32,000 bases of DNA. Source: Candidatus Electrothrix sp. GW3-4 (GTDB lineage: Bacteria; Desulfobacterota; Desulfobulbia; Desulfobulbales; Desulfobulbaceae). Shown piece by piece: positions 1-7,187 of this stretch. The stretch spans positions 480,001 through 512,000 of the forward strand of contig NZ_CP147990.1 in NCBI RefSeq assembly GCF_037902255.1, read 5' to 3'. The translations under genes were made by a program, and so were the position numbers. The notes under the pieces were generated by a model. That model was not told the DNA's origin, did no database searches, and worked only from the letters and a program-made list of their open reading frames with translations. Within the stretch, counting starts at the first letter, position 1. Each line of letters begins with the position of its first letter.

Positions 1-693
1 TATTATCCTATTTCCCTCAAGCTCTTCCCGTTGACCGATCTTGTTGTTTTCGTTATAGAATTCTAGATCAACTCCGTTGTCAACCAATGAAACCTTTCCA
101 CCATATTCTTCAATTACTAATTTATCAGCTTCACTAACAGCAATACATCTATCGACCCTAGGATACCATTTTCTTTCAAGTTTTTCTATTCTTTTAGCCT
201 GAACTCTCCCTAGCAATCGTTTGAAAATATTTGAGCCATTCAACGCAAACCTATACCAAATATCAGATTCAATATTATGGGCAGCTATTACAGTGGGAAA
301 ATCGCCATATTCTTCGAGCAAAGGTGCTAGATTTGTCCACTCGCAATGAATAAGGTCGGGAGATAATCTACGCACAGCATTATGCATTCGCTCTTTAAAT
401 GCTTTCGTGACATGATACTGCGTAGAAAAGGGTACCGATAAAAAAAAATTTATTATCACCTCCCAATAAAATTTAGTTGTCCATTTAGCAGTACGGACAT
501 CAGGGACAGGTATCACATGGATACCGATTTCCTGAAAAATTTTAATTTTCTCGTTGTCTTTATTCTTGTCAACGTATGCTAGAAAATGTATTTCATGCCG
601 ATTGGCAAGATTGGCTATCGTGTTAAAAGTACGAATTTTTTTTCCTGTTTCTAAAGGCCATGGCAACCATTCATCCACCACTAAAACTTTCAT
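1..693 (-). CDS. Glycosyltransferase, GT4-like N-terminal part (3' end runs off the window)
   Basis: Absent from the ORF track because it has no stop inside the window. Hand translation of the reverse strand from ATG 693-691 is open for 231 codons down to position 1: MKVLVVDEWLPWPLETGKKIRTFNTIANLANRHEIHFLAYVDK...AAHNIESDIWYRF...CIAVSEADK. The N-terminal strand plus Gly-containing loop and overall layout resemble GT-B/GT4 N-domains. The region is AT-rich. The family call is from memory of motifs only. Confidence 0.6.
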   Translation of the reverse strand, partial: MKVLVVDEWLPWPLETGKKIRTFNTIANLANRHEIHFLAYVDKNKDNEKIKIFQEIGIHVIPVPDVRTAKWTTKFYWEVIINFFLSVPFSTQYHVTKAFKERMHNAVRRLSPDLIHCEWTNLAPLLEEYGDFPTVIAAHNIESDIWYRFALNGSNIFKRLLGRVQAKRIEKLERKWYPRVDRCIAVSEADKLVIEEYGGKVSLVDNGVDLEFYNENNKIGQREELEGNRII

Positions 694-996
694 TTACTCT
701 TCCTCTCAATTTTTGCGGGTCACCCCGCTGAGTGAGATACGGCGGTTTTCTGGTTCGCCAACACTCTAAAGAGGCACCACCCAATTTTTGGTTATCAACT
801 TAAGCCGGGACAGAAAATAAATTTAAAGAATAAAAAGGGCAGAGTAAAATTGATGGTTTCGTAAAAAGTCCAATTTTGCGAAAAATCGTGTTGTAACTCG
901 ATAGTATAGGAATTTTCATTTTTTCGCCTTGATATCATTCATGTTTTTTTGAAGCCTTAGGCATTCGCTGTTTCAAGTCGTGAGCATGTCGGGGGA

Positions 997-1018
997 CTAA
1001 AAACCCGCCCGTAGGGCG
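997..1018 (-). terminator. Putative intrinsic terminator after the nqr cluster
   Basis: On the minus strand: CGCCC-tac-GGGCG followed by GGTTTTTAG, about 70 nt downstream of the last nqr-linked ORF. The stem is short (5 bp). Confidence 0.35.
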
Positions 1019-1085
1019 CTAAGTTCTTGAGTTGCCGTTAGCGAATTACTGTTTTCTGACTTTTTACCAGGCCATCAAAATTAAA

Positions 1086-1289
1086 TCAGATATCACGATT
1101 AGAATCATCAGCCTCCTTTTTTATTTGCCCCCCACAAGAACCGCAAACCACCCTACCACTCCGATGACACATCCCAGTCAACCCATGCGGCGATTTCCGC
1201 TGCCGTCGTTTACTGAAATTAATAATCAAAGCAGCAACAAGAATAACCATAAAACTAATCCCGAAAGTAAGCAAGAGAATCTTCATCAT
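1086..1289 (-). CDS. nqrM: Small single-TM Cys-rich protein, NqrM-like (Na+-NQR maturation factor candidate)
   Basis: 67 aa: one hydrophobic helix (ILLLTFGISFMVILVAALIINF), then a basic stretch and CHRSGRVVCGSCGG. Its ATG overlaps the nqrF TGA (ATGA, 1286-1289), suggesting translational coupling. The position after nqrF and the GSCGG-type Cys cluster match my recollection of NqrM/DUF539. FeoB-associated Cys-rich membrane proteins look similar. Confidence 0.5.
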   Translation of the reverse strand: MMKILLLTFGISFMVILVAALIINFSKRRQRKSPHGLTGMCHRSGRVVCGSCGGQIKKEADDSNRDI

Positions 1290-2509
1290 CCCCCGAACTC
1301 ATCCTTATAGATATTATCCTCTTCCACCCCCAGATCAATCAGCATCTTGACCAGAGATCGGGTCATCATCGGCGGGCCGCAGGTATAGTACTGGATATCC
1401 TCAGGTGCCTCGTGGTCCTTCAGATACTCCTCGTACAGGACATTATGGACATGCCCCACCGGTCCGGTCCACTTATCTTCCTCCTTGGGCCGGGACAGGC
1501 AGAGGTGAAAGGTGAAATTCGGATACTTTTCAGACAGCGCGGTAAAGTCGTCCAGGTAGGGAACCTCCAGCAGGGTACGGCTGCCGTACCAGTAGGATAT
1601 CTTGCGGTTGGAATGGCGTCCCTTCATCAGCTCCAGGATCTGGCTGCGCAGCGGGGCCATGCCTGCCCCGGCACCTACGTAGATCATCTCCTGCTTGCCT
1701 TCGTGGATGTAGAAATCCCCATAAGGCCCGGAGATGGTGACCTCATCGCCTGGTTTCAGGTTAAAGATATAAGAAGAAGCCTTGCCCGGAGGGGGTGGCT
1801 CTTCGCAGCCGCCGGGCGGACAGGCAATCTTGACATCCAGCTTGAGCAGGCCCTTCTCTCCAGGATAGTTGGCCATAGAGTAGGCCCTGGTGATGGGCAT
1901 GGTCACATTGGACTTGTACTGAAAAAGGCGGAACTTGCTCCAGTCAGACAGGAATTTTTTATTAATATCAAAGCTCTTAAAGGAGAGGGCATGGGGCGGG
2001 ATATCGATCTGAATATAGCCGCCAGGCCGGAAGTCCATCTCCTCGCCTTCAGGCAGCTTGAGCACCAGCTCCTTAATAAAGGTGGCGATATTCTCGTTGG
2101 AAACTACCGTGCATTGCCATTTCCGGGTCTCCAGCATCTCCGGCGGCACCTCAATCTGCATGTCCCGCTTGACCTGGACCTGACAGGCCAGCCGCATGCC
2201 TTGCTTGGCCTCCCGGCGCGTGATATAGCCCCGTTCAGTAGGCAGGATACTGCCCCCGCCTTCCTTGATCGTGACCCGGCATTGCCCGCAGCTGCCCCCG
2301 CCGCCGCAGGCCGAGGAGAGAAAGATCTCCTCGTTTGCCAGGGTGGTGAGTAAACGGCTCCCCGGCTTGACCTGGAGCTCCTTTTTGTCGTTGATCTCAA
2401 TGGTGACCTCTCCGCCGGGCTGGAGCTTTTTCTTGGCCAGTACAATCAGGCAGACCAGGAGGAACTGGAGAGCGAGAAAGGTAAGAACGGCGGCAATAAT
2501 TTCCTGCAT
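1286..2509 (-). CDS. nqrF: Na+-translocating NADH:quinone oxidoreductase subunit F
   Basis: 407 aa: N-terminal TM helix, plant-type 2Fe-2S motif [14 protein letters not shown]...C, then an FAD/NAD(P)H-binding ferredoxin-reductase domain ([16 protein letters not shown]). It is the last large gene of the nqrBCDEF order. Confidence 0.95.
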   Translation of the reverse strand: MQEIIAAVLTFLALQFLLVCLIVLAKKKLQPGGEVTIEINDKKELQVKPGSRLLTTLANEEIFLSSACGGGGSCGQCRVTIKEGGGSILPTERGYITRREAKQGMRLACQVQVKRDMQIEVPPEMLETRKWQCTVVSNENIATFIKELVLKLPEGEEMDFRPGGYIQIDIPPHALSFKSFDINKKFLSDWSKFRLFQYKSNVTMPITRAYSMANYPGEKGLLKLDVKIACPPGGCEEPPPPGKASSYIFNLKPGDEVTISGPYGDFYIHEGKQEMIYVGAGAGMAPLRSQILELMKGRHSNRKISYWYGSRTLLEVPYLDDFTALSEKYPNFTFHLCLSRPKEEDKWTGPVGHVHNVLYEEYLKDHEAPEDIQYYTCGPPMMTRSLVKMLIDLGVEEDNIYKDEFGG

Positions 2510-2522
2510 GTCGCGATATCCC

Positions 2523-3131
2523 TTAAAATGAAATTCCGGCCAGCCCCATAAAGGCCAGGGCCATCAGGCCAGCAGTGATAAAGGTTAGGCCGAGGCCCCG
2601 GAGGCCAGCTGGCGGATCGGCATATTCGAGTTTTTCCCGGATTCCGGCCAGGGCCACCACCGCTAGAAGAAAACCGCCACCGGACCCGATGCCGTAGAAC
2701 AGGCTTTCCCCGAAGCTGTATTCGCGTTCCACCATAAAGAGGCTGCCTCCCAGGATGGCGCAATTCACCGTGAGCAGGGGCAGGTAAATCCCCAGGGTGT
2801 TGTACAGGGCAGGGGCAAAGCGATCCAGGGCCATCTCCAGGATCTGGACCACTGCCGCAATTACCCCGATGTAGATGAGCAGACCGAGAAAGGTCAGGTC
2901 CAGTCCGGGGAAACCGGCCCAGGCCAGGGCATCCGGCTTGAGCAGATAATGATAGATCAGGTTATTGATGGGCACAGTGATGACCTGGATCAGAAGCACG
3001 GCAAAGCCCAGACCGGCAGCCGCATTGATCTGCTTGGAGATCGCGAGAAAGGTACACATCCCCAGAAAAAAGGAGAGCACCATGTTCTCCATAAACAGGG
3101 CGGTGAACAGTATTTCCATATAATGCAGCAT
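2523..3131 (-). CDS. nqrE: Na+-NQR subunit E
   Basis: Polytopic membrane protein, [33 protein letters not shown]..., colinear with the Vibrio NqrE N-terminus (MEHYISL...[21 protein letters not shown], from memory). I place the start at ATG 3131, overlapping the nqrD TGA by 1 nt. The track ORF begins one TTG codon earlier (3134). Confidence 0.9.
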   Translation of the reverse strand: MLHYMEILFTALFMENMVLSFFLGMCTFLAISKQINAAAGLGFAVLLIQVITVPINNLIYHYLLKPDALAWAGFPGLDLTFLGLLIYIGVIAAVVQILEMALDRFAPALYNTLGIYLPLLTVNCAILGGSLFMVEREYSFGESLFYGIGSGGGFLLAVVALAGIREKLEYADPPAGLRGLGLTFITAGLMALAFMGLAGISF

Positions 3132-3754
3132 CAATCCTTCTCCTGTTGGTTGGGGTACACTGTGCGCAGGGTCCAGATCACCAGGGCGATGAGGAAAAAG
3201 GCCCCGGCAGGCAGGAGCATGAGTCCGTTGCCCTGATACCAGCCACCATCGGCAACCAGAGGCATGATTTCATGACCGAAGACCGTGCCGCTGCCCAGCA
3301 ATTCCCGGCAAAAAGACACCGTCATCAGGACAAAGCCGTAGCCCATGCCGTTGCCCAACCCGTCAATAAAGGCCTTGCCCGGCGTGTGGCTCATGGCAAA
3401 GCCCTCTGCCCGTCCCATAACAATACAGTTGGTGATGATCAGGCCCACATAGACCGAGAGCTGCTTGGCAAGATCATAGAAAAAGGCCTTGAGGATTTGG
3501 TCCACCAGGATAACCAGGGTGGCGATCACCGTGATTTGGATACCGATGCGCACGGTGTTGGGAATCTGCTGACGGATCAGGCTGATGATCAGGCTGGAAA
3601 AGGCCACTACCAGCGAAAGGCAGACCGACATGACCAGAGCGGTCGCCATGCTGCCGGTCACAGCCAGGGCCGAGCAGATCCCCAGCACCAGCAGGGCAAT
3701 GGGGTTGCGTTGGAAAAATGGGTTAAGGAGGAGTTCGCTTTTTTTCTCAGGCAT
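3131..3754 (-). CDS. nqrD: Na+-NQR subunit D
   Basis: The track ORF runs to 3853, but its first 33 codons read through the palindromic spacer. [33 protein letters not shown] (ATG 3754) matches the NqrD N-terminus pattern (NPIAL.VLG.CSALAVT), with AAGGGA about 10 nt upstream. Confidence 0.9.
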   Translation of the reverse strand: MPEKKSELLLNPFFQRNPIALLVLGICSALAVTGSMATALVMSVCLSLVVAFSSLIISLIRQQIPNTVRIGIQITVIATLVILVDQILKAFFYDLAKQLSVYVGLIITNCIVMGRAEGFAMSHTPGKAFIDGLGNGMGYGFVLMTVSFCRELLGSGTVFGHEIMPLVADGGWYQGNGLMLLPAGAFFLIALVIWTLRTVYPNQQEKD

Positions 3755-3798
3755 CGTTGTTGATCCCTTTTTGGTTTGTCCGAAGGTTTTGTAATCCG

Positions 3799-4056
3799 GT
3801 AGGGACACGGCATGCCGTGTCCCTACAATAATAATGATACCACCATGCCCCAACGCGGCGCGTTAACCAGCCCAGGGTAACACCCTGGGGATAAATGCGG
3901 AACGCATTCAGGTTGATTGCTCGGGGTGTTACCCCGAGCTGGATAAATATAACCCCTTCGGGGTATGTTTTTCTGGTTCCCAAGCTCTGGCTTGGGAACG
4001 GCTTTTTCTGAAGCTCTGCTTCATTTCGGTATTCAAGGTGTCCAAGCAGAGCTTGG
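3799..4056. repeat. Cluster of at least eight palindromes/hairpins (REP/BIME-like) filling the nqrC-nqrD spacer
   Basis: Read directly. 3799-3826 is a perfect 28-nt palindrome, GTAGGGACACGGCATGCCGTGTCCCTAC. 3852-3864 is AACGCG-g-CGCGTT. 3871-3889 is CCCAGGGT-aac-ACCCTGGG. 3894-3908 is AATGCG-gaa-CGCATT. 3920-3938 is CTCGGGGT-gtt-ACCCCGAG. 3952-3964 is ACCCC-ttc-GGGGT. 3976-3999 is GTTCCCAAGC-tctg-GCTTGGGAAC. 4011-4021 (AAGCTCTGCTT) pairs with 4044-4054 (AAGCAGAGCTT). Confidence 0.8.
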
Positions 4057-4080
4057 GCACCAGTATCTTTTAGAATTTGT

Positions 4081-4854
4081 TTATTTTTTAGAAACACCCC
4101 TGAATCGTTCCAGAAACGGGCCGAACCCGTGCTCGCCGAACCAGAAATGCATTAGGTTGTTGACTCCTTTCATGGTCAGGGTGGCCCCGGAGACCCCGTC
4201 CACCTGATGCGGACCTTTTCCCTGGCTTTTCACGATCTGAATGGCCGGTTGTCCGTTGGGGGCATTGGAGTCATAGAGCTGTTTGCCCTGCCAACCGGCC
4301 TGCCAGTCAGGGTTTTCAATCTCACCGCCCAAGCCCGGTGTTTCACCGTGTTCGTAAAAGGTGATACCGATAATGGTGGAGAGATCCGCTGACAGGGCCA
4401 GGTAGCCGTACAGGGTGGACCAGAGGCCCTTACCGCGAATGGGCAGGATCACCTTGTCCAGCTGTCCGTCCTTTTTCACCAGATAGACCAGGGAATATTT
4501 TTCCTGGCGGTTCAGTCCGGCCGTATCCTCTTCCTTGCTCAGCTTCCTGCTGGTCTCCTTGCTCTGGAGAGAGCCGAGTTGGTCAAATTCCGCAGGATCA
4601 ATCTGTTCGGGCGGGACAAAGCTGCCGTCTGCCAGCCGAATGACCTTGGTCTCCACCTGTTGAAACAATTCCTCCACATCACCCTTGCCCTGATAAAGAC
4701 CAGCGGCGCGGAGGATGTTTTTCTTCCGATCAAGCTTGCGGTTGGCCTCCTGCCTCGGTCGGAGTCCTACAGCAGCCCCGGCAACCAGGACCGAGCAGAT
4801 CAGGGCCAGGACCATGACAGCGCGAAAGGCACCGACCGATGTTTCCTTATCCAT
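4081..4854 (-). CDS. nqrC: Na+-NQR subunit C (FMN-binding)
   Basis: Start chosen at MDKETSVGAFRAVMVLALICSVLVAGAAVGLR (ATG 4854), with GAGGAGG upstream and an 8-nt overlap with the nqrB end. It has a single TM anchor and the flavinylation motif VSGATLT. The track ORF extends to 4920 inside nqrB. Confidence 0.9.
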   Translation of the reverse strand: MDKETSVGAFRAVMVLALICSVLVAGAAVGLRPRQEANRKLDRKKNILRAAGLYQGKGDVEELFQQVETKVIRLADGSFVPPEQIDPAEFDQLGSLQSKETSRKLSKEEDTAGLNRQEKYSLVYLVKKDGQLDKVILPIRGKGLWSTLYGYLALSADLSTIIGITFYEHGETPGLGGEIENPDWQAGWQGKQLYDSNAPNGQPAIQIVKSQGKGPHQVDGVSGATLTMKGVNNLMHFWFGEHGFGPFLERFRGVSKK

Positions 4855-6061
4855 GTCGGAGCCTCCTCTGTCGGATATTGGCCTGGATGACCGGGTAGTC
4901 AAAGAGCGGGGAAAAAACATTGCCGAGCAGGATCGCCAGCATTACCCCTTCAGGATAGGCCGGGTTGATCACCCGGATCAGGATAGACAAGGCCCCGATG
5001 AAAAAGCCGTAACACCACCTGCCGATATCGGTATGCGGGGCTGTGACCGGGTCCGTGGCCATGAAGATGAGACCGAAGGCAAAGCCGCCCAGAACCGGGT
5101 GCCAGTAAAAGGGCAGGTTGATCAGGGCGTTGGAGGATGAGGCAATAAACTGGAAGAGCAGGGCCAGACTCAGGCCACCCAGAAGCATGGAGACCATGAT
5201 CCGCCAGGAGGCGATACCGCAGACCAGGAGCAGGGTCGCGCCCAGCAGGCAGGCCACCACTGAGGTCTCGCCCATTGAACCGGGGATGGTGCCGACAAAG
5301 GCATCTGCCCAGCTGAAGTTGAGGTTGGCAAGCGGGGTCTCAGCAGGGGCCGCTGCCACCTTGGCTAAGGCCGTGGCACTGGACAGGCCATCCACGCCCA
5401 CCCAGACCGTGTCGCCGCTCATGTTGCCGGGATAGGCGAAAAAGAGAAAGGCCCGGGCAACCAGGGCCGGGTTCATGAAATTGCGTCCTACGCCGCCATA
5501 GGCCTCTTTGGCAAAGATAATACCGAAGCTGATGCCCAGAGCCACCTGCCACAGGGGCACGGTGGGGGGCAGGGTCAGGGGGAAGAGGAGGCTGGTGACC
5601 AGAAAGGCTTCAGACATCTCATGGCCCCGGGCAAGATTGAAGATGACCTCCCAGAGTCCGCCTGCTGTCAGGGAAACCAGATAAATCGGCAGGAAATAGA
5701 GGCTGCCGTGGATGAGATTGGCAAGGAAGCTGTCCGGTGTGCAGTGCATACCCATCGCGGCCATGATTGCGCCGCGCCAGCCCGCAGGGCCTGTCAGGCC
5801 CAAGGCTTGCAGGGCCAGATTGGCCTGATACCCGGTGTTCCACATCGCCATGAACACGCAGGGGATGAGGGCGATCACCACCAGAATCATGATCCGCTTT
5901 AGGTCCATAGCGTCCCGGACATGGGGCGCGGAGTTGGTGGTGTGGCGGCTTCCCATGAGGAAGGAGTCCAGCGCATCAAAGGCCGGGTACCAGCGCTCAA
6001 GGCGGCCACCATTATTGAAGAGGGGGGCGGCTTTTTGTAAGAGGGTGTTAAGGATTTTCAT
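4847..6061 (-). CDS. nqrB: Na+-NQR subunit B
   Basis: 404 aa polytopic protein. HVRDAMDLKRIMILV, ...SGDTVW.GVDG.SSATAL (flavinylation-site region) and FMATDPVTAP are NqrB/RnfD hallmarks. No SD is visible upstream (GTGTTTTTCTGAC-ATG). Confidence 0.93.
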   Translation of the reverse strand: MKILNTLLQKAAPLFNNGGRLERWYPAFDALDSFLMGSRHTTNSAPHVRDAMDLKRIMILVVIALIPCVFMAMWNTGYQANLALQALGLTGPAGWRGAIMAAMGMHCTPDSFLANLIHGSLYFLPIYLVSLTAGGLWEVIFNLARGHEMSEAFLVTSLLFPLTLPPTVPLWQVALGISFGIIFAKEAYGGVGRNFMNPALVARAFLFFAYPGNMSGDTVWVGVDGLSSATALAKVAAAPAETPLANLNFSWADAFVGTIPGSMGETSVVACLLGATLLLVCGIASWRIMVSMLLGGLSLALLFQFIASSSNALINLPFYWHPVLGGFAFGLIFMATDPVTAPHTDIGRWCYGFFIGALSILIRVINPAYPEGVMLAILLGNVFSPLFDYPVIQANIRQRRLRHG

Positions 6062-6144
6062 GTCAGAAAAACACGCTGGCCGTATAGTAATAAAATTGTT
6101 ATCATGGGGTTATGAAATGGCGGATTACATATAGGTGTTAAACG

Positions 6145-6327
6145 ATGAATCATTCTGAATTAAAAAAGAAAGCTCTCCAGAAAAAAAATGTCCAACTCGC
6201 TTATGATGCCTTGGAACCGGAATTCTCACTACTTCGTGAGCTGTTAAAAGCAAAGCGTAAAGCTGGCCTCAGTCAAGCTGAAATTGCTGAGCGTATGGGC
6301 GTCAAAGCACCGGCCAAAAAGCCATGA
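6145..6327 (+). pseudogene. Truncated XRE/HigA-like HTH antitoxin fragment
   Basis: 60 aa: MNHSELKKKALQKKNVQLAYDALEPEFSLLRELLKAKRKAGLSQAEIAERMGVKAPA-KKP*. The N-terminal layout and the LSQAEIAERMG helix-turn are typical of roughly 95-100 aa HTH antitoxins. The recognition helix and C-terminal half are missing. No toxin ORF lies upstream, where only 83 nt separate it from nqrB. Confidence 0.55.
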
Positions 6328-6336
6328 GTTAGATTT
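6328..6336. repeat. Left arm of a perfect 9-bp inverted repeat (GTTAGATTT)
   Basis: GTTAGATTT at 6328-6336 is the exact reverse complement of AAATCTAAC at 7068-7076. It lies between the two convergent stop codons (TGA 6325-6327, TAA 6336-6338). Confidence 0.7.
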
Positions 6337-6743
6337 TATTTTCTGCTTATGTCTTTGATTCTAAGCTCATTAATTACGTTAAAAAGTTTCTTGGCAGGAG
6401 CTTTCGCTGGTAGTAAGTTGATAACCCAATCTGCAAGGGCACGGCTTCCATACCGCCAACCTTCTTTGTCGCTCATTCTTGTCAGGTTGGCGTTATTGCA
6501 ATAATTATGTATTGGCTTGGCGGTTCTAATCAGATCCTCAAGATATGAATGAACTGACTGAAAAGCTGCTGCTCGTTGAAGATGTTCAATTGTAGAAGCA
6601 ATTGCTGAGGTGAAGTCAATCTCTGTTCGCCTTTCTGATGCAAATGCTTGAAATAATAATAAGTCACTTTCTCCGCTATATTGCCAATCAAAATCTGTTT
6701 CGAACTCTGACACGCATTCAACAAATTTTTTTTCACTAAACAT
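6336..6743 (-). CDS. Hypothetical protein, probably the C-terminal two-thirds of a TAG-interrupted 238-codon frame
   Basis: A 135-aa ORF, predicted mostly helical, with no family recognised. There is no SD before its ATG (AAAAATATCTAT-ATG). It shares its frame with ORF 6810-7052, and the 22 codons between them (6744-6809) contain no stop. Confidence 0.55.
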   Translation of the reverse strand: MFSEKKFVECVSEFETDFDWQYSGESDLLLFQAFASERRTEIDFTSAIASTIEHLQRAAAFQSVHSYLEDLIRTAKPIHNYCNNANLTRMSDKEGWRYGSRALADWVINLLPAKAPAKKLFNVINELRIKDISRK

Positions 6744-6809
6744 ATAGATATTTTTGTTACTTTCAATTTGCTCGTTTATATTGAGTGCTGCTCTATAATC
6801 AGGAACACT

Positions 6810-7052
6810 CTAGTTTCCACGAGCATACCTTTTATTACCAAATGCAAATCCTGGGCAAAAGAAGTGCATATGTGTCGCTGACCTGCGGTGCAGGTATTCA
6901 AGGTTTGGTATTATTTCGTTTTTTGCAAGAGACAATGACGGACGAGTAAACAGCACTCCAATAATCAGTCTACCTTGAGGTGGAACCTTATTGATGGTTA
7001 CCAAGCGTCTCAAAGTCCAAAGGATATCATTTTTGCTTATGGCTTCGAACAT
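6810..7052 (-). CDS. Hypothetical protein, probably the N-terminal part of the same interrupted gene
   Basis: An 80-aa ORF with a good SD (AGGAG, 7059-7063, 6 nt before ATG 7052) and an alpha/beta-like pattern (RLIIGVLFTRPS...MHFFCPGF). It ends at TAG 6810-6812. No family recognised. Confidence 0.55.
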   Translation of the reverse strand: MFEAISKNDILWTLRRLVTINKVPPQGRLIIGVLFTRPSLSLAKNEIIPNLEYLHRRSATHMHFFCPGFAFGNKRYARGN

Positions 7053-7067
7053 TTAAGGCTCCTGCTC

Positions 7068-7076
7068 AAATCTAAC
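7068..7076. repeat. Right arm of the perfect 9-bp inverted repeat (AAATCTAAC)
   Basis: Reverse complement of 6328-6336. It sits 4 nt upstream, in gene orientation, of the SD of ORF 6810-7052. Confidence 0.7.
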
Positions 7077-7187
7077 GTAAATCAGACAAATCGGGATTCG
7101 GGAGATCAACTGTCCGCTTTCGTTCCACTCAAGCTGACTTACTCGATTTACCCGGTAAGCATACCAGCAGGCAGCAACTTCCGGGTT

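Noticed and set aside
554-1310. Plus-strand ORFs 554-769 and 1032-1310.
   Set aside because: The first is antisense to the glycosyltransferase 5' end. The second is antisense to the NqrM-like ORF and the nqrF end. Neither has start signals or recognisable content.
1412-2353. Long ORFs antisense to clearly identified genes. Examples: 1412-2353(+) against nqrF, 11566-12894(-) against aprA, 14090-14752(-) against qmoA, 16632-17417(-) against qmoB. Further examples: 19468-20082(-) against tuf, 25768-26331(-) and 26958-27542(-) against rpoB, and 30934-31884(-) against rpoC.
   Set aside because: Each lies entirely inside a gene whose product carries unmistakable conserved motifs on the other strand. 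Their translations are low-complexity (Arg/Gly/Ser/Thr-rich) with no start signals. They are shadow ORFs caused by codon bias.
3747-4097. 116-aa minus-strand ORF spanning the nqrC-nqrD spacer, plus the 33-codon N-terminal extension of the nqrD track ORF (3755-3853).
   Set aside because: The frame is kept open only by the palindromes and gives the peptide ...[13 protein letters not shown]... It starts inside nqrC in another frame, has no SD, and overlaps the well-supported nqrD start.
6306-6410. The peptide KAPAKK occurs both at the end of the HTH fragment (plus strand) and near the C-terminus of the convergent 135-aa ORF.
   Set aside because: The two copies are encoded by different codons on different strands with no underlying DNA repeat. 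The composition is low-complexity Lys/Ala/Pro. I treat it as coincidence.
6810-6812. Reading the in-frame TAG as pyrrolysine or as evidence for an alternative genetic code.
   Set aside because: No pyl genes or tRNA-Pyl are in the window. TAG is used as an ordinary stop by secE (21216-18) and qmoA (15086-88). A nonsense mutation, a sequencing error or low-level read-through are simpler explanations.
7056-7187. The MNT reading frame stays open for 44 codons after its TGA and ends in a TAA abutting the next ATG. MNT, spacer and both halves of the interrupted gene are all in one frame with only three stops between 7493 and 6336.
   Set aside because: The MNT ends at a typical family C-terminus (GEIIYER). 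A 44-codon open stretch has a non-negligible chance probability. The three stops are three different codons, so recoding cannot explain them. This is probably coincidence or a very old relic.
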